A stretch of DNA of 64,000 nt from Antedon mediterranea (taxonomy: Eukaryota > Animalia > Echinodermata): assembly GCF_964355755.1 (NCBI RefSeq), contig NC_092670.1:19826795-19890794 (forward strand), in the 5' to 3' direction. The notes beneath the pieces were generated by a model. That model ran no database searches, was not told where the DNA came from, and was given only the letters and a program-made list of their open reading frames with translations. The position numbers were made by a program, and so were the translations under genes. Shown piece after piece: positions 38,201 to 50,388 of the stretch; the first letter of the stretch is position 1; each line of letters opens with the position of its first letter.

Positions 38201-40966
38201 AATTGCAAAACTTATCGGTGAATTTTGATTTAGTTTATTTATAGTTTTTTCGTCGTGAGGTGGTTTCCCAATTAATCGTACGATCAAAACGGTACTGGGT
38301 ATGATCAACTAGCGTTCGTGTTCCCACCTAATCATCCATTCATAGAAGTACTGATGAAGATATCAATCTGTGGCGACAATAGAATGGACCCAAGACCTGG
38401 CTATCTTCAACTTTTAAATAATAGAAAGTTTAGAAAAATGTTTTTGTTAGACTAGAAATGTACGTTGTATGTATATAGAAAAATGGTTGTAGTTTTCAAA
38501 ATTACGTTGTATAAGTTGCGATGTGAAAAACTGTTATTTGATCGTTAGTTGTCGTGTACATGAAGCAAAAATATAAATATAATAAAATAAAATAAAAATC
38601 GTTAGTAAAACTTTTAAAAAGAGTAAAGATATAAGGAAGAAAAGCAAAGAGATTATGGAGCGGCTGTACCAGAATATACAACACTAAGTATTGTAAAGTT
38701 AAAAACTAAAAATTTAGGCGATCTTGTCAAAGGTCAAGCGCCTTCAGCCTGCCACGTTTCGATATTCAATATTGAACTTGACCTTATCTTTTTCTCAATT
38801 TTTTTCTTCATCCTGTATGTGATTTGTTTTTTGCTATGGGTATAGTTATTTCGATAAATAAATATTCATTCATTCAAGATTCAAGAAATTTATTGGTCCA
38901 CTTAAAATGGAAATTCATTTTGCTTTTTAAAAAAGAAAAGTTTAATATTATCATCTTTTTATAATTTTCAATGTAGGTATTCAACTGTTTAAATTCATTA
39001 GAGGAGCTGCTCGCTTCAAATAACATCTTAAAAACTGTGACAGATTTAAGTCGATGTAGAAAGGTAAGACAAAAATCATTTAAAAAAAAGATGTACCCTA
39101 ATGCAAGCTGGTTCAAATAAGAATATCATTGTCTTCTTCCCTTTGCAGCTTCAAGAATTGAATCTGTCATCAAATAGTTTGACTAGTATATCAGGACTGA
39201 AGGGTCTCCCTCTGTTAGCGGTAAGATACAGGAGTTTGTAGTTTACTCTATGTTAGTTAGCATATAACTTCATGTTTGATATCTGAGGTTCCCAAATGAT
39301 CAGCAAGTGCTGGATGGATCACCCTCATTAAATATGGTAAAAAAAAGTTAATAGATTACCTACGATCTACTGTATCTATAGACGCTCTTATCATTTTTTT
39401 CAGAGTTTACATCTGTCCCATAATCTCTTGACATCTGAGGCTGTTCAGGGTCTTGGTAAATTAAGGTTAGTAAGTTTTTTACTATACTATCCTATTTATT
39501 TTACAAAGCCAATGTGGTAAAGACAACTTCAGTGACCGGAATGGTCATAATTTGAAACATCTAGAGACTATTACAGCCTAAATGAAACACTGAACATGAT
39601 ACAAAACCTGCATTTTATTTTTTAGATCTTTACAAGAACTTGATTTATCTCACAACAAAATATCCAAATTAAACTCCTTTTCCAGTCAATTTCCAGTAAT
39701 AGAGGTGTTGAATTTGACAAAGAATTCTATTGAGTGGCTGGAAGTGGTAAGCCTATCATATTTTAAAATGAGAATATTATAACATTGTGTTTGATTGGAT
39801 CGTAGTGGTTATTACCAAAGGATATGTATCTTGCAGAGTAACTGTTCCAATGGTGATACGTTATATCAAATGATATTTTTCGTCATCATTTGTAACATCT
39901 TTTGTTTTTATTTACCCGCAAGGTTCATCTTTCAAGTTGTGAATTTTTAGTTGAACTGTTCCTAGCAGAGAATCCGTTCATCAAATCCTCAGATTTCAAA
40001 CCTAGGTGAGTTACTTGCACTTGCACATTCTTGTATCTCCAATTTGACTTCCGTGGACATGCCTTTACATAAATACATAAATTTGCACGCACACACAGTA
40101 TAAGTAATTTTTAAAATATTTTTTACCTATAGCTATCATGAAGAAGTACACAGATGTATATCAGGCATTGAAATGGTCGATGGAGTTATTGTGAAACAGA
40201 CAAAACAGAAACCTGTGCCATTCATGAGACCAATGTCAGCAGCTTCAGGTAAAGGTTAATTATTCACCTGCTAACTAAAGAAACTTCTTCCAACAAGTGT
40301 AACATTTTTGGACAGTGGTAAATCTATTTTCAATATAGAACATCAAAGAACTTTATTTGGTGATCTTGATTTTTATTTATAACTTAATAAAGAAGGTTTA
40401 ATAAAAAATAAAATTATGTTCACTTAGGATTGAGTGCAAAGCAGGTACAAAGCCAGCTTCAAACAGTAGAGGCTGATCTAAACATGTTTGGGCAAGATTT
40501 AAGAGAAAAGTAAGTGATATACAGTATAAAGAGGCATTAAATTGTTTTATTTTGCCACACACAGGAAGTAGTTTAACAAGTTTTGTTGCTGTTTAATAGG
40601 TTTGAAAACTTGCGTACCACAATGGACACACTACCAGCAGAGCGCCCGATATCAGTGGCCAGTGAATTGAGCATCACAAGTGTATCAACCCTCGCAAGCT
40701 CCCGGCCAGGTAGCAGCAGATGTAGCAGGTACAACAGACTTCTCCATTTTTTTGTCGCACCACTCAGTCACATTTCAATTAATCAATATCGTACCGTACT
40801 GGTATAGCCATTTTCTTTGTAATATGTATGCAGTTTCATCAACACATTTTTACAGATAGTTCTTTACCTTTCTGTTCTAAAGAGTAGAATCTGGTTTTTT
40901 ATTTGTTTCCTTAGTCGAAGCCGATTACAAGATGCTAAAGCCTACGCAACAACACACTTTAAATAA
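35222..40966 (+). CDS. SDS22-like leucine-rich-repeat protein (567 aa, 16 exons); orthology not assigned
   Basis: Exons: 35222-35532, 35911-36082, 37141-37230, 37509-37580, 37707-37765, 37857-37909, 38075-38217, 38977-39063, 39149-39220, 39404-39465, 39626-39746, 39923-40005, 40133-40248, 40428-40509, 40600-40728, 40915-40966 (TAA). Total 1704 nt, phases consistent. Repeats such as LDLSCNEIEQIEHL, LKELKLYGNKISEIKNL, LQELNLSSNSLTSISGL and LQELDLSHNKI, then an LRR-cap-like ELFLAENPF..YHEEV..I..IEMVDG. Confidence 0.9.
36214..36398. mobile_element. Harbinger-like MITE
   Basis: TAA|AGGTTCTTTCACAC...GTGTGAAAGACCCT ends. Confidence 0.6.
36450..36995. mobile_element. Kolobok-type MITE, subfamily 1
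   Basis: TTAA|AGATGTATTGTC...GACAATACATCT|TTAA; highly similar over its full length to 42041-42586. Confidence 0.85.
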
Positions 40967-41878
40967 AACCCTGTCTTGGCATCATTTGGATAAATCCTGT
41001 CTGTGGCAACATTCTCCAACTTACTGATTCAAATAACATACCTAGATAAGGTAGATGACATTGTGGAGGAATTACTGGCAAAAGAAAGATGGCTGCCCAT
41101 GATGTGTGGCCAATAGATGTGCAATGTTTATATTGTTATTGTCAGTATATTATATGTACAATTTTTAGATTTTGTTGATAAATGAGAGTGAAGAACAAAT
41201 AAATTTAAAGTACAAGGACTAGTTGTAGATTTTTTTTGGTATTTATTTACATTAACTTTTGAAAAATCTATAAACAATGTAATTTTATATACACAGGTAA
41301 AGTTAGTAATGTAAGGTTTGTGGTACACCATGCTTTTTCAAAAAGGGAATAAAGTTTGAGAATGTTATTCAAAATTTCTCCAGAATATGGTTTTAACATA
41401 AAAACCAACATTTTTAGCCATTCTCAACTTGACTGTTTCCTTTGGCAACACATGGTATACCGCAAACCTAGCTTTACTACTAAAGTGTTAATTTGCCATA
41501 TAAACTTTTAAACAATATCATAGGTATAGTGATACATTTCTGTGACTTCAAACTTCACCACTAGGGTGTCATGTCACAAGCTGATTTTCCACTAGGCAAA
41601 TTTGTTTGTATGAATCGAAAGCGTGAGCTTATACGCATGCATATTCATTCATTCATCTTCCAAATCCCTCTCTACGCATGTGTACAAGCTCACACTTTTT
41701 GATTCGGCTTTAATGTGATGTCACAGGTTTAAACTTTATCTGTGACTTCACCACTAAGTGTGATGTCACAGGTTCATGTCACTCGTGCTTCACTATAAAA
41801 TTTCAACTTTGTTTAGCAGGCCTGAAAAACACCGGGTACTGGACTGAACACTACACGTTGAATTCTCATCTGATGTGT

Positions 41879-44255
41879 TTATAAAGTTTCTTGAAATGTA
41901 AATGACTGGCGTGTAGCCTCAATAATCATTGGGGATATCCACTTCCTTGCGCCACATGCTACTTGTAGTAGAGACAGAACTTTCTGTGAAATGCTCTTCA
42001 GCTCTTTGTCTTCCTGCAACAAAGTACACTAAATAGTTAAAGATGTATTGTCCCTTGAAAAACAAAAAAATGAAGGTCAAAATATACTAAATTTTGATTG
42101 GCTATATCAAAGTAGTATTAAAGTTATTCACTTTAAGTCAAAAAATCGAGCCAAAAACAACAATTTTACGTAATTAACAGCTAAATTAATTTGATTACAT
42201 TTCGTCTGAAAAATAGTCGCGAGCGAATGTAAACAAAGATTTCAAACCACGAGTATGCATTAAGCATGGTGCTAATTAGGATTGTTTACAACTCGTCACG
42301 GTTGAGAAGGTGTTTTCACACAGATCGCGAGGAAGTTTTATGATTATGCATACAGTAGCCAAATAAGCGCATTGCATTATGAGATATGTTTTGATCGAAA
42401 ACTTTGACTGGAAGTCAAAAGTTATTTTTTGAACAAAAAAACGTCTGTATTTCAGTTAAATGATTTTTTTTCCCACTAATTTTTGGTGAAAGTTAATAAC
42501 TATTATGATACTTCAAAGTGACCCACTTTTTTTCGAAATCTTTTTATTTTAATTTTTTTGGAATTTGACAAAGGGACAATACATCTTTAATATTGTTGAG
42601 TTTTTGCTTATAATAGAAAACTAATCCTGTGAAAAACGTTACTTCCAATCACATTCAACAAAGCATTACAGTGAATAAGATAGGATGTTAGGTTAATTTT
42701 ATTTCACAATTTTAGACCCTGCATTTCCTCACCCATCCCATTTAAAAAACTTAGATCCTCTACGGATGCTACTGTGGTCTAATGGTAGGGTTGAAGGATT
42801 TACGAATCTATTAGTAGGTTCATCTTTATTATTTATACATTATTTTCAGGCTTATGTTGTAGTGTATATTGTAATTAACAAATTCTTACTTACATCAAAG
42901 CCAGCACAGAGCATTGGCATGTGGTATGCGTCACAAAGTCCTGTGATGTTCTTGATATCAGCTCCATGTAGGTTTGTATTATTAGCATTGTGAACAATAC
43001 AACAACACCGACCTAGGAAATATTCACAATCAAGGGTCTTTAAAGATGCTTCCATACTGCTAATACTGTAAAAATGGAAAGGAAAAAACACTGTATTTAA
43101 ATGCCATCAACTGTCATTCAAAGCTCTGTCTTTCTTTCTATTCTACGTTTCTCTGCCTTTCTATTACATGCTTCTCTGCCTTTCTTTTCAAGTCATGGGT
43201 ACAAATCCTGATTCTGACATATTGCTACATCACCAGGATTTGTCTTGTCAATGGACAAAGGAAGGCTAGGTTGGAAGCATTAAACGCTTAATAAAACTAT
43301 GCACTTACCTTTCTATATCTGTTATATACAATAATTAGCAGACATTTTGTCTGTGTGAAATACTCAACCTGAAGCACATACCTTGCTCTATTGGTCAAAT
43401 CAATAATAAACACAATATAGTCAATGTTAGGCCTTGTGTCCTCAGTATCTACGGGTAAAGGGAGTCGTCTAGCTGTACGTCTAAAAAGAAGTGTTATGTT
43501 TATAAATATTCTAAATCAAATAATAGAAAATCAGAATACAGTAAGTACAGAAGTTCGTTTATGTACAAATCGATAACATTATTTAAAAGGATGAATATAT
43601 TAATTTGGGGCTTTAAAAGCTTGCAGTAGTCACTGGTTTTAAAAGACCTATTTTGTGAAAAGATTCTTTCATAGACATGTTATAAGAACTAGAAGGTCAA
43701 CTAGGCTCGCTAAAGCAAAGTGACGCTAACAGGGCAGAGACTGTTTAAAATGGACAGCATATCTGTTCAAAAATGTTATTTAATATAAAGATTTATTTTT
43801 TAAAATAATAACCTGAATAAACCTAACCACATGCATTGTGCTGTGTGGATCCTGTCCACTGTAACTCACTTTTTGAGCTGTGATCATATTAGAGTTGACC
43901 ATCTAGTTTTTATAATGTCTATGGTCCATGGACTCTATTAAAAGCTATTTACAATCACTTACATTTGCAATGAAAATGATGTTTTTTGAGATATAATGGA
44001 TGATGCGAATTTGTGTTTTCCCATACCTTCAGCACCTACAAGCTTTTATAAATAGAATAAATAATAAATACAATAAAAAATTAATGAAAATTTTTTTTTT
44101 ATGAACAAACATTGGTTAGTGGTAGTTAGAATCACAAACAAAACATCTTTAAAAAAAGTCTTTTTTTTTTTAATACCTACCAAAAGTGTTGCTGTATTTG
44201 GTGATGAAATTATGTTATGGGGCGAGAGAACGTGGGTTTTTCTTACTTCTCCCAT
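41879..44255 (-). CDS. CENPM: Centromere protein M (186 aa, 5 coding exons)
   Basis: Exons: 44255-44181, 44042-43963, 43480-43382, 43065-42894, 42013-41879 (TAA); total 561 nt. NTATLLLVG, LPLP...RPNIDYIVFIIDL, YFLGRCC, AYHMPMLC and LLQVACG align with human NTATILLVG, LPLP..NRPRIDLIVFVVNL, FFLGKVC, TYQSPLLY and VLQICAG as recalled. A probable non-coding exon 1 ends at 44681 (GTGAG donor). Confidence 0.92.
42041..42586. mobile_element. Kolobok-type MITE, subfamily 1, in the last CENPM intron
   Basis: TTAA|AGATGTATTGTCCCTT...AAGGGACAATACATCT|TTAA. Confidence 0.85.
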
Positions 44256-44680
44256 CCTCAAACAAAAACAAACTAAATCAAAGAAAAAACTATTAATAGA
44301 AATAAAAATTAATTTCATGGAAATCTGACTAGCATCAAATGAAGTACAGTACAGTAACAGGCATCTTTACTTTCCTTTGCTATCGTTAGAGTAGACTTCA
44401 ATGTGCTCTCTCATCAGTGCCTACTCTCCTTTTATTATTCTATCTTCTGCCCTGTTGTCAGCAAACTGTCAGTAGGTAGACTGTAGAGAGGTCTATCCCC
44501 TAGTAACTAACATGTTAGTAGAGCCTAGGCCCTAGCTAGGCCTAGCTAGCTGGAGAGATATCAAAGTTTGTATTGAATCTTGATGATGATATTTGATACC
44601 AAGTTCTAGCCTAGCTAGGTATCATTATTAATATTAGATTGTAACTTAAAACTGTAAAATGAAGAGATACAAAAACTCAC

Positions 44681-45128
44681 TATATTAATGAAAAACAACC
44701 CAAGTGATCACTGTTTTACACTCTCTGCAGAGATGGGTTGCGTTGTGTTTATAGTTTGCATTTCGCGCGCATAATAATGACGTAACGCTCAAGGGGGTGT
44801 CCCTAAACAATAGCACACCTAGGCTAGTAACTCTAACATTTATAATTAGTTATAATTATATTTAGTTATTTAAAATAGAAATTTAGTATACTGTAGTAAA
44901 TAAAACAAACTGTAAATTATAAATTATAATTCTATTCAAAAGCCTAGGCCTTAATCTAGCCTTTTTTGTTTTTATTTTCAGAGGTCTCAGCTCTTTTTTT
45001 TAGAAAGATAGGTGGCCTGCATGTGAAAAAATTATGCTCGAGTTTACGGTCGACACAAAATAAACTTTTATTTTTTACAAACTTTTATTTAGATTCTTAC
45101 CAACAAGAACTCTAACGCTTGGCTAGAG
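44681..45128. promoter_or_regulatory. Divergent promoter of CENPM and ERCC1, with E2F-like and CRE-like sites
   Basis: Start codons are 874 bp apart, head-to-head. TTTCGCGC (E2F consensus) at 44761-44768 and TGACGTAA (CRE/ATF-like) at 44778-44785. Confidence 0.6.
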
Positions 45129-48100
45129 ATGGAGAAAAGAAAATTTATTATACCATCAGCAGCAGAAGTTAAAAGTGCAGATAATACAAAGCCAAAAGTA
45201 ATATACGTAGTTTAATATAGCTAGGCCCGCAGAGGGCTAGGCTAGGCCTACTACTAGTACTACTAGCTAGGCTAGTACTACCTAGCCGAAAGGTTACAGA
45301 CAATCGGGTCCACGAACGATCGGCTCCATTTTAGAGACGATCGGGTCCACAAAAAAAAAGTACACTAGAGGGAGACACTTCCACTAGCAAAAAGGCATCG
45401 GTCACCTATAAATAATAAATAAACGTTTTTTAAAACTGTTTATTTATTGACAATTCCGGTTATAAAATTATGTGTATTTAAAAAAAAATAATGACCTTAA
45501 AAAATGATACTTCCGGTACCCTTTAACTTCCGGCTTTATATAATTAATAATGACTTTGATACTTCCGGTTGAATGTAGGGAATTATTTATTTATATTTGA
45601 CCTATTTACTACTACATTATTACCTATGTATAAAAACATTTAATTACATTCATCATGGGTGACCTTACGGATGATAGGATGATTAATATAGCCAGTATCT
45701 AAAATGCATTATTATTAATATATATTTTAAGAATTAATTATATTCATTTTTCATTGTTTGGCATTTTACACAGGTAAAATCATACTTCAAAGCTCGAAAT
45801 AATACTGCAAATAATGCCAATGATGGGCTTACCTCGGCTTGCGAAAGTTCAACAAAAGCATCAACAAAGCATTTACAGTCTACAGCCGGTGATCACGGTG
45901 TTATAAAAGGTAATTTACAGGCAGGTACTGAGCTAACTATCAATCCTGTCAATTACGGTAGTACTGTATCTGAAATCTCCAAAAGTTCCATTTATTTTCT
46001 CAATTCAATCTAAAAGATCAGACTTAAATCAGGTCAGACTTCAAATGAGATCGAAATGATGTACAATTCGCAGAGTTTACTGTAGGAAAAAAACTGCAAT
46101 AGAACCCCTGTTTAGGGGATACCTTTGGGACCCAATAAAGTGTCCCCATACTTGGAGTGTCCCCCTGAATAGTGGTTTGCCGTAATGTTAAAACATACAG
46201 TATATCTACTTTTTCGTTTCACAGGCAAGTGTCGTCTTAACAAAGATTGTATAGCGGCGCAAGATAGGTAACTGGGTGAAACGTTTGTAATCCATGGACG
46301 CCATTCCGGCGGAAAAATTTGAACCGAAATAAAGTTGTTGTCATGGCAATATCGTACGATGTTTCGGTCAAATAACGAAGTCAATGTAAACACACAGAAT
46401 TAATCTGAAAGTGTCCAGATCCCAAAGAAACTTTTATTTTACTTTCTTTACATAATTTTTTCCCTTTTCCATGAATCAACCCTCAAGATGGTTAACCACA
46501 GATACTTCGAGGTAGACCGCAAAATTTATACCATTTACATTTAAATCACAATAATAACCTGTCCGCCCGAATGGCGTCCATGGATTTACTGGGCGCGTAG
46601 TGTTATAAGATAGGAGCTTGGCAACAGTTACCTATCTTGCGCTGCGTAGCGGCGCTATACAATCTTTGGTCTTAATAGTGTTTTCAGGGGTCTTCTAATG
46701 AGGCTTTTTACTGTATTAATAATTTATATTTCAAAATATGGTTTTAAATAATTTGTTTTCTATACATACAAAATGTAAATATGTTACTATGTAGATAAAT
46801 CATTAAATGGGAAAATGGTTGCGCCTTCAACTGAATCAAAGACTGGTAGGTTAGATGCCGAGTCTACTGTGTCTTCAGTTCCGAGTACTTCAACAACAGT
46901 GGTGCCTCAAGAGATACAGAAGTCAAACGTTGCAGCCACTGGTAACAAGATTGGGTCTGGATTTGCAGATAAGTTTGCTGCCTTAAAAGAAACTGCCAAA
47001 TATGAGAAGCCAAAGATGCCTGAACATTCTGCAGCGTAAGTTGTAAATTACCATATTAACATGGAGTAAAAGAATATACTCCATGATATTAACAAGTGTC
47101 TCATTTAAAAGATGTCCTAGAATAGTGGTTGTCTTGTTGAATATTTCTCCTTCCTTCTCCTTCCAAGAAAGTATAGATCATAAACAGCCTGTTTTCCTGT
47201 CAGGACTGTTGTGTCAAAAAGAAGAAAGCAAAATAATCCTTCACCAAGTTGTTTTCTGTATTTTGTAGCCATTTAATAACTAAAATTATTATTAAATTAT
47301 TATTTTATAGGAAAGCCCCAGATGTTCCAGTTGTCAAAAGCAAAGCTATCTCATATAATTGTCTTGTTGTACATCCGAAACAGGTATATATATTATATTC
47401 AACATAATTATATTTAATTTTATTTTGTGCATTGACAAAATTTTAGTATAGTTGTAAAGTCCTGATTTAGACTTATAAAGCAATGTCTGTTAGAGAAGAG
47501 ACAATGTTTTATACTTAAAACAAAACAAAACTTCTTTCTTTTTTTCTTTAAGCGTGGCAACCCTATTCTGAAATTTGTGAGGAATGTCCCATATGAATTC
47601 AATGACATAGTTCCTGATTATATCATGGGAAAAACAACATGCGCTCTTTTTTTAAGGTCAGTTAATAATAAACATGGTTACTTAATTACTTACTGCTTTG
47701 GAACTATCTACCTAACTATGTTGTTCTTAGCACACCAATCAACTCAAAAACAACTTTGACAGACACATAACAAACACTAAGAGAAGTTGCAACTCTTACA
47801 AGTATTAATTCACTGCTTCTTTGACATCACTAAAGGTAATTGCATCACTAAAGGTAAGCATGCTTACCTATAGATTATTTCATATCTGGATATAATATTG
47901 TAATTTTCTTTCTTAGTTTGCGTTACCATCTTCTAAATCCTAATTACATCTTTGGAAGAGCCAAATCACTGAGCAACATGTTCAACCTACGTTTACTGCT
48001 AGTGCAAGTTGACATAGTAAGTTATCATAGTAATTGTCTTTTACAATAACTTGGCATCCATATCTAGTCCTCATTATCTCATTTTTGTCTCATTTTTATA

Positions 48101-49407
48101 TTTCAGAAAGATCCAGGGCATCCTCTAAAAGCTTTAGCAAAGATGGCAATTCTAGCTGATTTTACACTTTTATTAGCATGGAGGTATGAGTAATTGATTT
48201 TTTCTTCTGATATATGTATTCTTCTTCTGTATGTTACAAGCAATATATATTTAACTATTATGAGGTTATTACTATATCAACTTGTCAAGAATTTAAGGAT
48301 TTATTGGTAGCTGAATGAGTGTGCCTTTTGTTTTCTTAGTGCGGAAGAAGCCGGTCGTTACTTAGAGACATATAAAACTTACGAGAATAAGTCAGCTGAC
48401 ACTTTAAAGGAACGTGTTCAGGCAGATTTTATGTCAAAGGTATGTTTACTATTTAAATTGTTTTTGTTTATATAGAATATCTCATGCATATGAACAGGGA
48501 TTGCCACATTTGAAAAAGACAGTGAATGAAATCACTTGGCAATATGCTGTTGTGTTAAATAATTTGTTGCTTTTCTATTTTTTGTAGATGACAGACTGTT
48601 TGACAACCATCAAGTCTATCAATAAAACAGACGCTGCTACTCTTCTTACAACATTTGACGTAAGTGTACTGCATGTTTCGCAGATAAAGCTACACTATCA
48701 AACTTTGTGTGACAAAAAAATGTGATGTGCCCATATATGGACATGATGATATAAATCCAAAGGCAAATTACTGAAAAAATGACAATGCTGTGGGTATCAG
48801 TGGCTGGATCTCAATGGAGATACAAAATAAAAGCGAAAAGCTAAATCAAAACGAGAAGTAAAACAGCCAGAAAAGTTAGCAGAGCTTTCGGGCAACACTA
48901 GCCCTTCATCAGTGCAAGTGGACATGATGATATATATATATATATGGACATATCGCTACCATATTTGGGCCACTACCATAATATTTGTGCACATCACACT
49001 TTTTTTATCAAACTAGTTTAATAGTGTAGACAGAGCTTAAGATTATTTATGTTTTGAGAACCGTGAGTTGTTTATTAAGGATGCCTAAAAAAATGTTTTA
49101 ATTTTATTAGAATTTTGAAGGAATTGTGAAGGCATCAGAAGATGAACTGGGTTTTTGTCCAGGATTTGGTCCTAATAAGGTAAACCTCTTTTTCATTCAT
49201 CAAGATCTGTCTCTACTGATAATTGCAGAAAGGTAACATAAAAATGAACCAATAAAATGCAACTGAAAAAAAAAATTGTCTGTTTTTACCCAATAGGCTA
49301 AGCGGGTAGCAAGAGCGCTGAAAGAACCTTTTATGAAAAAGAAGAGCATGAAGGTGAAAGAGGATATACCAAAGACTGAAGACATTCCAGGAACAAGTAA
49401 ATCATGA
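45129..49407 (+). CDS. ERCC1: DNA excision repair protein ERCC1 (about 388 aa, 11 coding exons)
   Basis: Exons: 45129-45197, 45774-45924 (alternative donor after 45909), 46795-47035, 47311-47383, 47553-47656, 47917-48016, 48107-48183, 48340-48439, 48588-48659, 49111-49179, 49297-49407 (TGA). Motifs [61 protein letters not shown], and HhH segments [12 protein letters not shown] and [11 protein letters not shown]. The first three exons are supported by splice signals and phase only. Confidence 0.95.
46241..46668. mobile_element. P-element-like MITE with a 7-bp TSD, nested in an older Tc/mariner-like MITE remnant (about 46098-46715)
   Basis: GTCTTAA|CAAAGATTGTATAGC...GCTATACAATCTTTG|GTCTTAA. 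Inner inverted repeat ATCCATGGACGCCATTC.GGCGGA at about 46290-46313 and 46562-46585. Confidence 0.75.
48687..49037. mobile_element. PIF/Harbinger-type MITE, family A, interrupted by a 165-bp insertion
   Basis: Starts AGCTACACTATCAAAC and ends GTGTAGACAGAGCT|TAA. The core is split at a duplicated TGGACATGATGATATA. Confidence 0.8.
48878..48916 (-). ncRNA. Minimal type I hammerhead ribozyme motif within a Penelope-like insert (48754-48918)
   Basis: Minus strand TGCA-CTGATGA-A-GGGC-TAGTGTT-GCCC-GAAA-GCTC-TGC. It has the CUGAUGA and GAAA cores, stem II GGGC/GCCC, palindromic AGCU in place of stem III, and stem I GCA/UGC. Confidence 0.7.
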
Positions 49408-50388
49408 CAGTGGTTGTTACAGTATTACAAAGAATTCCTTAACTATGTCCAGGGCAGTTGAATAGAGGTGCTGCTGTAGCCAAGACAGGCAAAGGTACAA
49501 AAACAAGCAGGCATGCAGTATTTACTGTATGTATCTTGCAATCATTGCTAGGATAAGTTCAAGTTTGTTGTTTCACACAATATGATATTAAAAAAAATAT
49601 ACATAACATTTGATAAATTAATAAATATAATTGTGTGAGGAGGACGCATTAAGCCAAGGCTTTAAGTTTGGTCCTCCAGATAGAGTTAGGCTCTGAAGGA
49701 AACAATCATGTGTATGCCATACAACAAACAAACTAGCAGTACTGAAAATGATTAGGCTGATTACATATTCTTATTTGATATGCAACGAAATGTTTAATCA
49801 TGAAATATAATTATACCTTTATATTATATTTGGTGCAATAAGTAATCCAATGTATATATATGACTAAATGTAATATTGAATTGTTGAAATAAATGTTTTC
49901 TTATGTAAGTACTGTGTTATTGTGCTGCTTTTCGTGAATTTTTCAGGAATGTTCTCTATATTGCAAATCTTTTTTTCAAGTTTACGTTTAGAAGCAAAAT
50001 CATTCATCTAAGGCAAGCTAACAACAGGATGCCGAGTTCCAGAGATCAAAGGGTTTACCTGTTGCTGCGGCAAGATAAATTCCACGCGTCTTAACAGACA
50101 CAGCCTGCTGTGGAGAATATGTACATACAAAGTATAGTACTTTGGTATTTGTTGCAGCCAGACATAAGATCAAAGGACTGTTACGAGTTCCTATCTTGGC
50201 AAGTCCAGCTCAGCTGTTGTTAGATTGCCTTGGTTTATCAAAGTAATTGAGACTAGTGATAACAAACTACACTAAACTGTAATGATGTATAAATTGTACT
50301 TTTATTTGAGATTGGCTCTGTTCTCCTGCACACCAACGAGTTCAACATCTGTATCAGTATCACCACGGCTATAGTTATTAACCTTTCA

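Noticed and set aside
42852-43091. Cys-rich small protein suggested by the CCC-containing ORF
   Set aside because: It is CENPM exon 4 plus flanking intron sequence.
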